64,000 bases of DNA, taken from positions 696 through 64,695 of the forward strand of contig SXRM01000319.1 in NCBI GenBank assembly GCA_005792545.1, given 5' to 3'. How positions within the stretch are numbered: the first letter of the stretch is position 1; the number at the start of each line of letters is the position of its first letter. A program made the position numbers and the translations under genes. The notes under the pieces are model-generated. The model saw only the letters and a list, made by a program, of their open reading frames with translations. It did no database searches and was not told the origin of the DNA. This document shows positions 26,354-35,867 of this stretch, one piece after another. This DNA comes from Pseudomonadota bacterium. GTDB taxonomy: Bacteria > Myxococcota_A > UBA9042.

Positions 26354-26445
26354 TTGCGGCCCCCCGATCGTGCGGTTATGCTCCGCGCGGTCGGGTAGCC
26401 AGGGCGCGGCCGGGGGTAGGTCGCTGGCGCCGCGAAGGATTCAGC

Positions 26446-27813
26446 ATGATGCCCAACCAGTCCATGATTCGACGAACGGCACGCAAAGCGGTGTGGGCGG
26501 CCGCGGTGGTCGGTGTCGCAGCGTTGGTGGCGGCGCCCGCGCAAGCGGTCGAGATCACCGACGTGCTCGACGCAATGGACGACGACAACAATGACCCGTT
26601 CGATGCTGCCGTTCGGGTGCGCTACACCTCGGACACGCGTCAGTCGGCCATTGCCCGCCAGGCGCGCTGCTTGAAGAACGACGTGCTCGGCTCGGCCTGC
26701 CCCAACGGCAGCGGCTACGTGTTGGCCCGCGAATTGGAGTACGAGCGCATTCGCAACGTACTCAACTTCGATTTCCGCTTCGGCATCTACAAGGACCTGG
26801 AAATCTACGCGGTGCTGCCGCTGGTCATCAGCGACGACTGGAAGCATGAGTTCTCGCCCGGGGTGTCGCGGGCGAACTCGACCATCTTGCCGCCCAAAGA
26901 CAACACGACGAGCACGCCTTCGGACCGCTCAGCGCTGTTCAAAGTCCCCTATCAGAGCACTTCGCGGGCCGGCATGGGCGACCTCAAGCTCGGGCTGCGC
27001 TGGTCGCCGTTCAACTACTACCGCGACGCCTCGGAGCCGACCTGGGTGTTTGGCTTTGAGTACACAGCCCCAACCGGTACGCCGATGAAGGCGGACAACG
27101 ACGGCGTGGGCTACGGCCTGCACGAGTTCAAGCTATTCTCGAACATCTCGCGGCGAGCGCTGCGGATTTTCGAGCCGTTTTGGGGCTTTCACGCGGCTCC
27201 GCGCGTCGGCGCCAGCGACGGCTTGTTCACCAAGCGCGGCAAAACCCAACGCTACATAGAGCCCGGCTTCAACGCCGGCACGCAGTTTGGCCTGACGGTG
27301 GTGCCGTGGGAAAACCCCAAGCAAGAAGAGCGCTTTGAGATCGAAGCTGGCGTGAACTTCGAGTACTTCTATCGCGGCCGCGAGTACACGGAAATTTGGG
27401 AGGCCCTGGCCTCGCCCAACAACCCATGCAAGCCGAGCGAAGGCTGCAACAACGTGCTGTATTCACAGTCGGCCCTCGACCCGATTACCGGCAAGCCGAT
27501 CCGCAGCGACGGCATTACCGAAGTGGAGCCGTATGCGCGGTTCGGCGGCTGGGGCGCGCTGCACTATCAGCCGGTGCAGTATTTCCAGATTTCCGCCAAA
27601 TTCAGCTACTTCCGCGAGACACCGCACTTCATCACCTACGGCGACATCGGCGTGGATCTCGACGGCCGCGACAAGGTTTCGGCCTTCAATAGCACGGGCG
27701 AGAATGAGTTCAGCCCGGTGTACCTGCCAGCCGTCGATACGGTGGGCCAGCGGCTGCGTGTGCTCGATGTGACCAACCTGGGCTTGCAGTTCGCGATTAC
27801 TGGCAAATTCTAG
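26446..27813 (+). CDS. outer-membrane beta-barrel protein (unclassified)
   Basis: Signal peptide ...LVAAPAQA-VE. Beta-strand-like alternation. C-terminus LGLQFAITGKF, a terminal Phe typical of OMPs. Confidence 0.65.
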   Translation: MMPNQSMIRRTARKAVWAAAVVGVAALVAAPAQAVEITDVLDAMDDDNNDPFDAAVRVRYTSDTRQSAIARQARCLKNDVLGSACPNGSGYVLARELEYERIRNVLNFDFRFGIYKDLEIYAVLPLVISDDWKHEFSPGVSRANSTILPPKDNTTSTPSDRSALFKVPYQSTSRAGMGDLKLGLRWSPFNYYRDASEPTWVFGFEYTAPTGTPMKADNDGVGYGLHEFKLFSNISRRALRIFEPFWGFHAAPRVGASDGLFTKRGKTQRYIEPGFNAGTQFGLTVVPWENPKQEERFEIEAGVNFEYFYRGREYTEIWEALASPNNPCKPSEGCNNVLYSQSALDPITGKPIRSDGITEVEPYARFGGWGALHYQPVQYFQISAKFSYFRETPHFITYGDIGVDLDGRDKVSAFNSTGENEFSPVYLPAVDTVGQRLRVLDVTNLGLQFAITGKF

Positions 27814-27967
27814 TCGGTTGCTGGCTGGCGCCTGTTGGGGTGCGGCCACCACTTACACACACAGTTTCGCATTGCCGGTCGGGGGCAAACCCCGTATTCT
27901 GGGCGGCTGGCCGTTGCGCCGGGTCGGTTGCCCGCGCGCGCCAAGTAGCACCCGCACGGAGCCGTCG

Positions 27968-30253
27968 ATGACCCAACGAATCCTCGTAGTGATGAGTCTG
28001 AGTGCGTCGGTTGCGGCGTGCGTCGGCGGCTCGGACGGCAGTGGCAGCGCTTCGATCTCTGCGGCAGCAATCGTCTGCGTCGGGCCGGGCGACTGTGCAA
28101 TTGGCCAGGATTGCATCGACGGCAAATGCGCGGCGCAGGTCAGCTTTGGCAAGGATGCGGCGGCAAGCGGTGACAGCAGCGGGTCGGCCGACGGTGGGGG
28201 CACCAAGAGTGACAGCAGCCCCAACACCAGCCAAGCGGACGGCGGCGGCGCTGTGAGCGATGTGACCAGCGGCAGTCAGGCCGGCACTGCGTGCAAGGTT
28301 GACCAGGACTGCGACGACAAGGTCGCCTGCTCGCTCGACAAGTGCGTCAACGGCAACTGCTACCACCCCAAGAAGTCCGACCCTTCGTGCAGCTGCACAA
28401 AGACCAGCGACTGCGACGACGGCAACACCTGCACGGCCAACGTCTGCAAAAGCGGCATCTGCACCTATGCCAAGTTCGTCAACCCGAACAACCCCGACCC
28501 CAACTGCTGCGCAACCGACGCGGAGTGCACCGACTCGACCGGCGCCACCAGCGGCAAGTGCATGGAATACCACTGCATCTTCAAGACGCTGACCAAATGC
28601 AAAGCCAACGCCGACTGCGACGACAGTAACGTCTGCACGTCCGACGTGTGCGTTTCGGGCAACTGCGAAAACAAGGCCAAGCTGGGCTGCTGTATGGGCG
28701 ACGGCGAGTGCAACGACGACAACCCGTGCAGCGTCGACACCTGCAACAAGGGTACCTGCCAATTTAAGGGCGCGGCATCGGCCGGCTGTTGCGACGACGC
28801 GAGCGGCTGCGACGACGGCATCGTGTGCACCATCGACAGTTGCGAAGGCTATCAGTGCCAGCACTTGCCCGGCGGCGAGGGCTGCTGCGTAACGGACAAG
28901 CAGTGCGACGACGGCAAGGTCTGCACCATCGACACCTGCCAGAACGGCACCTGCGACCATCAGCCCGGCTCCAACTGCTGCAAATCCGCGTTGGACTGCG
29001 ATGATTTCAGCCCGTGCACGGCCGACGAGTGCAAGGCCGGCGAGTGCTTCAACACGGCCAAGTCGGGCTGTTGCATCAACGACTTTGAGTGTGACGACAA
29101 CGATCCGAATACCACCGACACCTGCGTCAACGACGTCTGCAAGAACACGGGCAGTAGCGGCGGCGGTGGCGGCAAGTGCACCAGCAATGCCCAGTGCAAC
29201 GACAGCGACCAGTGCACGACCGACACGTGCTTTCTAGGCACCTGCTCCAATGCGCCGATTCCAGGCTGCGGCGGTGGCGGTGGCGTCGGCTCGTGCAAGG
29301 GCAAGTGCGGCGCCCAGGGCGTACAACCAGGCGGCTGCTACTGCGACGACCTGTGCCAGATGAGCGGCGACTGCTGCGGCGATTACGGCGCCCAGTGCGG
29401 CGGCGGCGGCAATGTGCCCAAGTGCGGCGACGCCAAGTGCGACCCTATCGGCGAGTCGTGCAGCACCTGTCCAGCGGACTGCGGCCCCTGCGGCGGCAAG
29501 GGCACCTGCGTCGGCGTTTGCGGAGGTCAGTCCAAGGACGGCAGTTGCTTCTGCGATAATACCTGCAGCACAGCCGGTGACTGCTGCGCAGACTACCAGG
29601 CCGTGTGCGGCGGCGGCGGAGCGCCCAAGTGCGGCGACGCCAAGTGCACCGCGCCCACCGAAACCTGCAGCAGCTGCCCGGTGGACTGCGGACCTTGCGC
29701 TGCCAAGTGCGGCGACCTCAAGTGCGACGCGGCAACGGAAAACTGTCTGACCTGCCCCGGCGATTGCGGCCCGTGCGCCAACAAGAATACCTGTGCCGGC
29801 TCCTGCGGTGGTAAGTCCAAGACCGGCACCTGTTACTGTGACAGCGCCTGCACGGCCTCTGGTGATTGTTGCCCGGACTACAACGCCCTGTGCGGTGGGT
29901 CAGGCGCGGTCAAGTGTGGCGACGCCAAGTGCACTGCGCCCACCGAGACGTGCAGCAATTGCCCCGCTGACTGCGGCGCGTGCCCCAACAAGAATACCTG
30001 CGTCGGGGCGTGCGGTGGCCCATCGAAGACCGGCACCTGCTGGTGCGACACCGCGTGCAAGTCGGCTGGGGATTGCTGCCCGGACTACGCGGCCGCCTGT
30101 CCCGGTAGTGGCGGGGGTACCTGCGGCGCCAAGCCGACAACCAGCTGCAAAGGCAAGTGCGGCGGCCAGGGCACGGGCGGGTGCTGGTGCGACAGCGTGT
30201 GCACGAGCGCCGGCGACTGCTGCCCCGATTTCAAGCCCTGCGGCTGTTTCTGA
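27968..30253 (+). CDS. cysteine-rich lipoprotein: ~10 slime-mold-type Cys repeats followed by 5 somatomedin-B-like domains
   Basis: ATG at 27968, lipobox SLSASVAAC. nt ~28292-29290 encode repeats of the form CC-x5-C-DD-x3-C-T-x-D-x-C-x2-G-x-C. nt 29294-30250 encode five modules with the 8-Cys spacing C-x3-C-x8/9-C-x-C-x3-C-x5-CC-x-DY-x3-C, for example CKGKCGAQGVQPGGCYCDDLCQMSGDCCGDYGAQC. These alternate with KCGDAKC-x4-E-x-C-x2-CP-x-DCG-x-C linkers. Confidence 0.85.
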   Translation: MTQRILVVMSLSASVAACVGGSDGSGSASISAAAIVCVGPGDCAIGQDCIDGKCAAQVSFGKDAAASGDSSGSADGGGTKSDSSPNTSQADGGGAVSDVTSGSQAGTACKVDQDCDDKVACSLDKCVNGNCYHPKKSDPSCSCTKTSDCDDGNTCTANVCKSGICTYAKFVNPNNPDPNCCATDAECTDSTGATSGKCMEYHCIFKTLTKCKANADCDDSNVCTSDVCVSGNCENKAKLGCCMGDGECNDDNPCSVDTCNKGTCQFKGAASAGCCDDASGCDDGIVCTIDSCEGYQCQHLPGGEGCCVTDKQCDDGKVCTIDTCQNGTCDHQPGSNCCKSALDCDDFSPCTADECKAGECFNTAKSGCCINDFECDDNDPNTTDTCVNDVCKNTGSSGGGGGKCTSNAQCNDSDQCTTDTCFLGTCSNAPIPGCGGGGGVGSCKGKCGAQGVQPGGCYCDDLCQMSGDCCGDYGAQCGGGGNVPKCGDAKCDPIGESCSTCPADCGPCGGKGTCVGVCGGQSKDGSCFCDNTCSTAGDCCADYQAVCGGGGAPKCGDAKCTAPTETCSSCPVDCGPCAAKCGDLKCDAATENCLTCPGDCGPCANKNTCAGSCGGKSKTGTCYCDSACTASGDCCPDYNALCGGSGAVKCGDAKCTAPTETCSNCPADCGACPNKNTCVGACGGPSKTGTCWCDTACKSAGDCCPDYAAACPGSGGGTCGAKPTTSCKGKCGGQGTGGCWCDSVCTSAGDCCPDFKPCGCF

Positions 30254-30343
30254 GCCCAGCCGGGTGGCGCCCGCCAATTGCCGTGCTACTTTTGCGGCCG
30301 CTGGACGGCCCCCAAGCAGTGTGCGCCGGGCGACGGAGTGACT

Positions 30344-30733
30344 ATGCTAAACCAAATCAAGGACATGGCCGCCAAGCAGGTCGGCAAGGTGCTGGCGTCT
30401 GACGCGGCGATGAACGTGCTCAGCAGCCCGCAACTCAAGAATGCGGTGGTGACGGCCATCAACTTGCGCGCCGAGGCGCGCGACGCCCTGGAGCGCCGCG
30501 TCAAAGAAGTCGCGACCGCGTTGGAACTGGTCACCCGCTCCGACGTTGCCAAGCTGCGGCGCTCGATTGTTGACCTGCAAGACCACCTGGCCGAGCTGCA
30601 AGCCCAACTTGCCGAAGCACAAGCAGATCTTGCCGCGACCAAGGCGGAAGCCGGCGCTGCGCCGGAGGCAGCCGCCGAAGCGCCCGAGCCCGCGCCCAAG
30701 GCCAAGAAGCCGCGCCGCAGCAAGGCCGACTGA
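30344..30733 (+). CDS. coiled-coil protein (phasin/UbiK-like; function uncertain)
   Basis: ATG at 30344 (MLNQIKDMAAKQVGKVL...). Heptad-like LRRSIVDLQDHLAELQAQLAEAQADLAATKAE. Lys/Pro-rich tail. Confidence 0.55.
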   Translation: MLNQIKDMAAKQVGKVLASDAAMNVLSSPQLKNAVVTAINLRAEARDALERRVKEVATALELVTRSDVAKLRRSIVDLQDHLAELQAQLAEAQADLAATKAEAGAAPEAAAEAPEPAPKAKKPRRSKAD

Positions 30734-30758
30734 GACCCGATCGACCCGGAGAGCGCTG

Positions 30759-31331
30759 ATGGCCGTGCTGCCCGTTGTAACCTACCCCGACCCCGTGCTG
30801 CGGCAACGCTGCAAGGAAGTGATTGCCTTTGATGCCAGCCTGCACAAGCTGCTGGACGACATGGGCGAGACCATGGCCGCGGCAGAGGGCATCGGCCTCG
30901 CGGCCAATCAGGTAGGCGACCTGCGCCGGTTGTTCTTGATGAACGTGCCGGTGGACGAGAACACCACCACCGGCCTGCTCGAGGTCATCAACCCGCGCGT
31001 TGTGGCCAAGCGTGGCGAAGTGCGGTTTGAAGAGGGTTGCCTGTCGTTTCCGAGCGTGTATGAGTTCGTGGTGCGCGCCAACGAGATCGAGTTGCACTAC
31101 CAGGACCGCAGCGGCGCAGCGCAAAAACTCATTTGCCGCGGCATTGTGGCGATTTGCGTACAGCACGAATTCGACCACCTCGAGGGCATCACGTTTCTCG
31201 ATCGGCTCAGTCCGCTCAAGCGCCAACTGGCCCTGCGCGACTACGACCGCAAAAACCGCGAGGCGCTGGATGACAAAGCGTTTCGCGCCAAAGCGCGCGC
31301 GCGCCGGTCTCCGCCGCAGCAGATCAGCTGA
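30759..31331 (+). CDS. def: peptide deformylase
   Basis: ATG at 30759. Motifs GIGLAANQVG, EGCLSFP and QHEFDHLEG. Confidence 0.92.
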   Translation: MAVLPVVTYPDPVLRQRCKEVIAFDASLHKLLDDMGETMAAAEGIGLAANQVGDLRRLFLMNVPVDENTTTGLLEVINPRVVAKRGEVRFEEGCLSFPSVYEFVVRANEIELHYQDRSGAAQKLICRGIVAICVQHEFDHLEGITFLDRLSPLKRQLALRDYDRKNREALDDKAFRAKARARRSPPQQIS

Positions 31332-31339
31332 CCTCGTCC

Positions 31340-32284
31340 ATGCGCACCGTGTTTTTCGGTTCGCCACCGTTCGCGGTTGCCGTGCTGCGGTCGCTCTTGG
31401 ACGCTGGAGCCCATGTCACGGCGGTGGTGTCGCAGCCAGACAAGCCGGCCGGCCGTGGCAACCAACTGACCTCGCCAGCAGTCGCCCAATTTGCCCGCGA
31501 ACGCGGCATCGCGGTGCATCAACCGACCAAGGTGCGCGACGGAGCACTCGCTGCGTGGCTGCGCGATCAAAAGGCAGACGTCGCGGTCGTCGCCGCCTAC
31601 GGCCGCATCCTGACGCAAGAGGTGCTGGACGCGCCGCGGCTCGGCTGCGTCAATGTCCATGCCTCGTTGCTGCCGCGCTGGCGGGGCGCGTCGCCCATTG
31701 CGCGGGCCATCGCGGCCGGCGACACCAAGACCGGTGTCTGCTTGATGCAAATGGACGCGGGCCTGGACACCGGACCCGAACTGGCACGCGCGGAAATCTG
31801 CGTCGGCGACGACGACACCACGCCTTCGCTGGAAGTGCGACTGGCGCAGCTGGGCGGCCAACTGCTAGTTGATCATTGGGCGAGCCTCGCCGTGGGCAGC
31901 CTGGCCGCGCGCGTGCAAGACGAGACTGCGGCGACTTATGCGCCGCCGCTGCGCAAAGAAGACGGCCGGCTGGACCTGTCGCGGCCTGCGCCCGAGCTGC
32001 ACGCGCTGGTGCGCGCCGTGCAGCCATGGCCTGGCGCGGTGGTGGCGACTGTGCTCGGCGAGGACTGGAAGATCGGTGCCGCCGGTTTGCGTTGGCGTGA
32101 CGACACCGCGCCGGTCGGGCACATCGCGGCAGTGGACCGCGACTGCGTGTGGATCGGCTGCGGCAGTGGCTGCCTTGGTGTTGCAGAGCTACAGCGGCCC
32201 AACAAGGCCAAAGCGGCGGCGCCAGACGTGCTGCGCGGGGTGCGGCTGGGCGCAGGTGCAGCGCTGGCTGCTGAGGCAACGTGA
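31340..32284 (+). CDS. fmt: methionyl-tRNA formyltransferase
   Basis: MRTVFFGSPPFAV...VVSQPDKPAGRGNQLTSPAV...HASLLPRWRGASPI. Canonical position after def. Confidence 0.92.
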   Translation: MRTVFFGSPPFAVAVLRSLLDAGAHVTAVVSQPDKPAGRGNQLTSPAVAQFARERGIAVHQPTKVRDGALAAWLRDQKADVAVVAAYGRILTQEVLDAPRLGCVNVHASLLPRWRGASPIARAIAAGDTKTGVCLMQMDAGLDTGPELARAEICVGDDDTTPSLEVRLAQLGGQLLVDHWASLAVGSLAARVQDETAATYAPPLRKEDGRLDLSRPAPELHALVRAVQPWPGAVVATVLGEDWKIGAAGLRWRDDTAPVGHIAAVDRDCVWIGCGSGCLGVAELQRPNKAKAAAPDVLRGVRLGAGAALAAEAT

Positions 32285-33111
32285 GCATGGGCAAGGCACC
32301 GCGGATTGCCATGATTGGCTGCGGCAACATGGGCGGCGCCATCGCGCAGCGTTGGCTGGACACCGCGATCGTGCCCCAAAGCGGCTTGTGCGCATGTACC
32401 TCGCGGCCGGCGTCAGCGGCAGAAGTCACAAGGCGGCTGGGCATCGAAGCTGGCACGAATCTGGCCGAAGCGGTCGCCGACGTCGATGTGGTCGTGCTCG
32501 GCTTCAAGCCGCAGGGCCGCGTCGAGATCCTGGCGCAGTTGCGCAATGTGCTGGGCGACCGCAAGCCGCTGGTGGTGTCACTGCTGGCCGGCGTCGAGTT
32601 GGCCGAACTCCGCGGCGTCTTGGGCCCGCGGGTGGCGCGGTGGATGCCCAACACGCCGGTGCTGACCGGCGCGGGGGTTGTCGGGCAGTGCGCACCTGGG
32701 CTCTCGGAAGCCGACGTAACGACGCTTGCCGGCCTGGCGGCGCCGCTGGGCTTGCGCGTCGACGTCGCCGAGCGCGACTTCAATGCGCTGACTGCGGTTG
32801 CGGGCTGCGGCCCGGCCTATGTGTTCCTGTTCTGCGAAGCCCTGGCCAGCGCGGGCACGTCGGCGGGTTTGGATCGCGACGTTGCCCAACAACTGGCCCG
32901 GCAGGTCGCCGTGGGTGCCGGACTGCTGCTAGCTAGCGCGCCAGAGCAACCGGCCGAGCTGCGCGAGCGCGTTACCAGCAAGGGCGGCATGACCGAAGCG
33001 GCGCTGCAACAACTGCGCCGGCAGGGTTGGGGAATCGCGATGCACAGCGCGGTCGCCGCAGCAGTCGAGCGGGGGCAGCAATTGGCCGCGCCGCCACGGA
33101 ACGCGAAATAG
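32281..33111 (+). CDS. proC: pyrroline-5-carboxylate reductase
   Basis: IAMIGCGNMGGAI (Rossmann motif), RWMPNTPVLTGAGV and VTSKGGMTEAAL. The GTG start overlaps the fmt stop; an ATG at 32287 is an alternative. Confidence 0.88.
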   Translation: MSMGKAPRIAMIGCGNMGGAIAQRWLDTAIVPQSGLCACTSRPASAAEVTRRLGIEAGTNLAEAVADVDVVVLGFKPQGRVEILAQLRNVLGDRKPLVVSLLAGVELAELRGVLGPRVARWMPNTPVLTGAGVVGQCAPGLSEADVTTLAGLAAPLGLRVDVAERDFNALTAVAGCGPAYVFLFCEALASAGTSAGLDRDVAQQLARQVAVGAGLLLASAPEQPAELRERVTSKGGMTEAALQQLRRQGWGIAMHSAVAAAVERGQQLAAPPRNAK

Positions 33112-33114
33112 CGA

Positions 33115-34434
33115 TCAGCCTTTGAAAACACCTAGATGCGACAGCAGCGCCTCGGCGACGCTGTTGAGCACTGGCCCCACGCTGCCATCGTGCAGGCTCT
33201 TAGCGACCTCGCGGGCCTCGCTAATTGCGTCCAAGGCTTCAAGCGCGCGGTCGTCGGCCAGGTAAAACGCCACCATCGCCAACGCGGCGACCTGAAAGGC
33301 CACGGCATCGCCGATATCTTGCGCCGCCAGCACCGCTTCGGCCATCACGGTCACGCCATCGGCCGCCGAGCGGGCCTGACTCAGGTCGAACGGCAAGCCG
33401 AGCCAGGGGTCGAGGTGTGCGTTTTGCACCGCCGTCTTGCGCGCGGCCTGCACGGCTACCAGCGACGCCGAAACCGCCGCGTGGAAGTCCTGCGCTTGCA
33501 TCCAGATGGCAGACTGCGCGGCGCGCAGGTTGGCCGTCTCTGACCAGGAGGCTTCGGCCTCGCAGATGTTGGCAGCGTCTTGCAGCGACACCGCGCAACG
33601 ATCGGGCCGATGGCTGCGCATCCACAGCTGCGCCAGCGACGCGTGGCTGGCGTATGCCACAAAGGTCAGGCCCTCGTCGCGCTGCAACGGCAGGCGGCCG
33701 ATGTCGGCCAACTCGCTGCGCAACGACACCAGATTGCCGGTGGCGCCGTGGTAGGCGACGCGGGCTAGCAGCATTTCAGCCTGCACCCAGACTGTGCGGG
33801 TGGTAGATTCTGCCTCGGATGCTTGCAGCAACTGCCAGGCGGTATCCATCAAGCGCAAGTCGCGGTTGGCATCGACCGGCGACTTGTGGGCGAGGTAGGG
33901 CAGCCGCGCTGCGCGAATCAGGATCTCGGTGGCGCGATCGCGCGTCTCGACTGCGCGCACCAATGCGTGCTCCGCAGCGGCGAGCCCGGCGCTGGTCTGG
34001 TGGGCACACAGCGCGGTGCGGGCCACACAGGCGAGCAAGCGCACCTCGACGTCATCGGGGCAGGCGTCGCCGACCTCACCGAGCAGGCTGTGCGCGTAGG
34101 CCAGCCAGGTCGAGCGCCGCTGCACCGAGCCCGTCAACGACGGCATCCGTTCGACGAGATCCAGCACGGCGCGGGCCGCCTTGAGCGGGTCATCGGCGCG
34201 CACAGCGTCGTGATGTGGCCCGAGTTCTTCGAGCAAATGGCGAGGCAATGCCGGGCGATCGCGCAACTGCATCCAAAACACCGGGCCTGCCGGACAACGG
34301 GGCTGCGCGACCGGCGCGGCACAGGATGGCACGGCCGGCGGCGCACCGCGAATTTCTATACAGAGGGACCCAAATGACAAGGCCACGTCTGCGGCGGAGC
34401 CGCGAGTCGGCCCAAAGGGTCGCGAGTTGGCCAC
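33115..34434 (-). CDS. hypothetical alpha-helical protein
   Basis: Long ORF with genome-typical codon usage and Ala/Leu-rich helical composition. No family recognised. Start uncertain; an alternative ATG lies at 34272. Confidence 0.5.
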   Translation of the reverse strand: MANSRPFGPTRGSAADVALSFGSLCIEIRGAPPAVPSCAAPVAQPRCPAGPVFWMQLRDRPALPRHLLEELGPHHDAVRADDPLKAARAVLDLVERMPSLTGSVQRRSTWLAYAHSLLGEVGDACPDDVEVRLLACVARTALCAHQTSAGLAAAEHALVRAVETRDRATEILIRAARLPYLAHKSPVDANRDLRLMDTAWQLLQASEAESTTRTVWVQAEMLLARVAYHGATGNLVSLRSELADIGRLPLQRDEGLTFVAYASHASLAQLWMRSHRPDRCAVSLQDAANICEAEASWSETANLRAAQSAIWMQAQDFHAAVSASLVAVQAARKTAVQNAHLDPWLGLPFDLSQARSAADGVTVMAEAVLAAQDIGDAVAFQVAALAMVAFYLADDRALEALDAISEAREVAKSLHDGSVGPVLNSVAEALLSHLGVFKG

Positions 34435-34696
34435 CCACCCAGCAAGCGAGTCCAGACCGATGGCTTCGGCCTTCGGTCAGGATGAATCGCTCAGCAGCGG
34501 CCTTGGGCCTTGCCGTGCGCGCCAAGCGGGTTGCAATCGCCCGCGGAATTTGCAGCTGTTTCCTCGCGGTGTCCGTCGCAGGCGCGCAAATGGCCAAAAA
34601 CTTCACATCCGATAATCCCGGTTTATCGTCACCTGCTGGTGGCGCGCCGGGGCGCCGCAACGCTCGTCGACAGGCAACGGCAACCGAGGTGAAACC

Positions 34697-35677
34697 ATGG
34701 AAAGCGACTCGTTCTTTGGCAAACGCAGCATCCCGTGGGTGCTGCTGGTGTGCGCGGTCCTCTTAAACGTCGTGCTGCTCGTCAACCGCAGCAAGGCGCC
34801 CAAAGCGGACGACAAGCCCGCAGAGGCCAAGCCGGTGCCGGCGGCAGCGGCGCCGCCTTCGCCACCACCCGCAGTTGGAACCGGACCGGCTGTCGAGTGG
34901 CAGCAAGCCGCGCTGCAGGTCAACGGTACGCTGGAGCGCACTTTTACTCAGGCGCTCGGCGACGAACTGGGCCCCCAGGTCAGCCAGACGTACGCGCGGC
35001 TTTTTGTGTGGGACGTCAACTTTCGCACCGACCTGAGCCCCAAGGACGGCGTCGAGGTCATCTACCGCGAACTCGGCAATGCCGAAATTGACATTGCTGC
35101 GGCACGCATGAACGTGGCCAAGCGGGGCAAGACGTATCGCGCCTACAAGTTCCTCAATCCTGGCGACAAGTACGCTTCGTGGTGGAACGAAGAGGGCACT
35201 GAGGTGCCGATGCAGCTCAAGGCTACGCCGATCAAGGACTACCAGCAGGTCACCAGCCTCGTCGGCGACGGCCGCGGCCACGCCGGCATGGACTTCAAGA
35301 CCCCGGTCGGCACCGAGATTGTGGCGTCGTTTGGCGGCAAGGTCCTGCGCAGCAACTGGAACTGGGGCGCCAACGGCAACTGCCTTGAAATCGAGTACCC
35401 CGACGGCACGCTGGCCAAGTTCCTGCATCTGTCTGAAAACAAGGTTAAAGCGGGCGACACGGTCCAGGCGGGTCAGGCGATTGCGCTCACCGGCAACACC
35501 GGCCGCTCGACGGCGCCACACCTGCACTACCAGCTCAACCAGGGCGCCAAGGTGCTCGACCCGGTCACTTACCACGGCACCGTCCGCCGCAACATCGATG
35601 CGTCAGCCAGCGCCGCTTTCAAGGCCACCGTGCAGGCGCTCGACGCTCAGTTCGCCCCCAAGACCGCCGGCCTGTAA
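34697..35677 (+). CDS. M23 family metallopeptidase (membrane-anchored)
   Basis: HAGMDFKTPVGTEIVA...GNTGRSTAPHLHYQL, the HxxxD and HxH motifs of M23. N-terminal TM IPWVLLVCAVLLNVVLLV. Confidence 0.88.
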   Translation: MESDSFFGKRSIPWVLLVCAVLLNVVLLVNRSKAPKADDKPAEAKPVPAAAAPPSPPPAVGTGPAVEWQQAALQVNGTLERTFTQALGDELGPQVSQTYARLFVWDVNFRTDLSPKDGVEVIYRELGNAEIDIAAARMNVAKRGKTYRAYKFLNPGDKYASWWNEEGTEVPMQLKATPIKDYQQVTSLVGDGRGHAGMDFKTPVGTEIVASFGGKVLRSNWNWGANGNCLEIEYPDGTLAKFLHLSENKVKAGDTVQAGQAIALTGNTGRSTAPHLHYQLNQGAKVLDPVTYHGTVRRNIDASASAAFKATVQALDAQFAPKTAGL

Positions 35678-35867
35678 GTCTGCCCAACGCAGCGGATCGC
35701 CAGCTGGCCCCCAGACATTGGGTGCCAGCGGCGGTCCGCGGGCGAGTTGACGACGCTTGACCGGGGGTTGCCTTTCCCACGGCCTTGCGCCAAGGTTGCC
35801 GCCGTGGTCGCCCCTTTCCCCTGCGCGCTAGCGATGGTGCCGCGCGACCGCAACGGTGGGGCCGCCC

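Noticed and set aside
34585-34600. Sigma-54-like promoter TGGCCA-N5-TTCAC upstream of the M23 peptidase gene. GG-N10-GC elements at about 50990-51045 upstream of the FReD gene were also considered
   Set aside because: The -12 element is missing or degenerate (TTCA or GAGC instead of TTGC). GG-N10-GC occurs by chance frequently in GC-rich DNA, so these are not reportable as features without TSS data.
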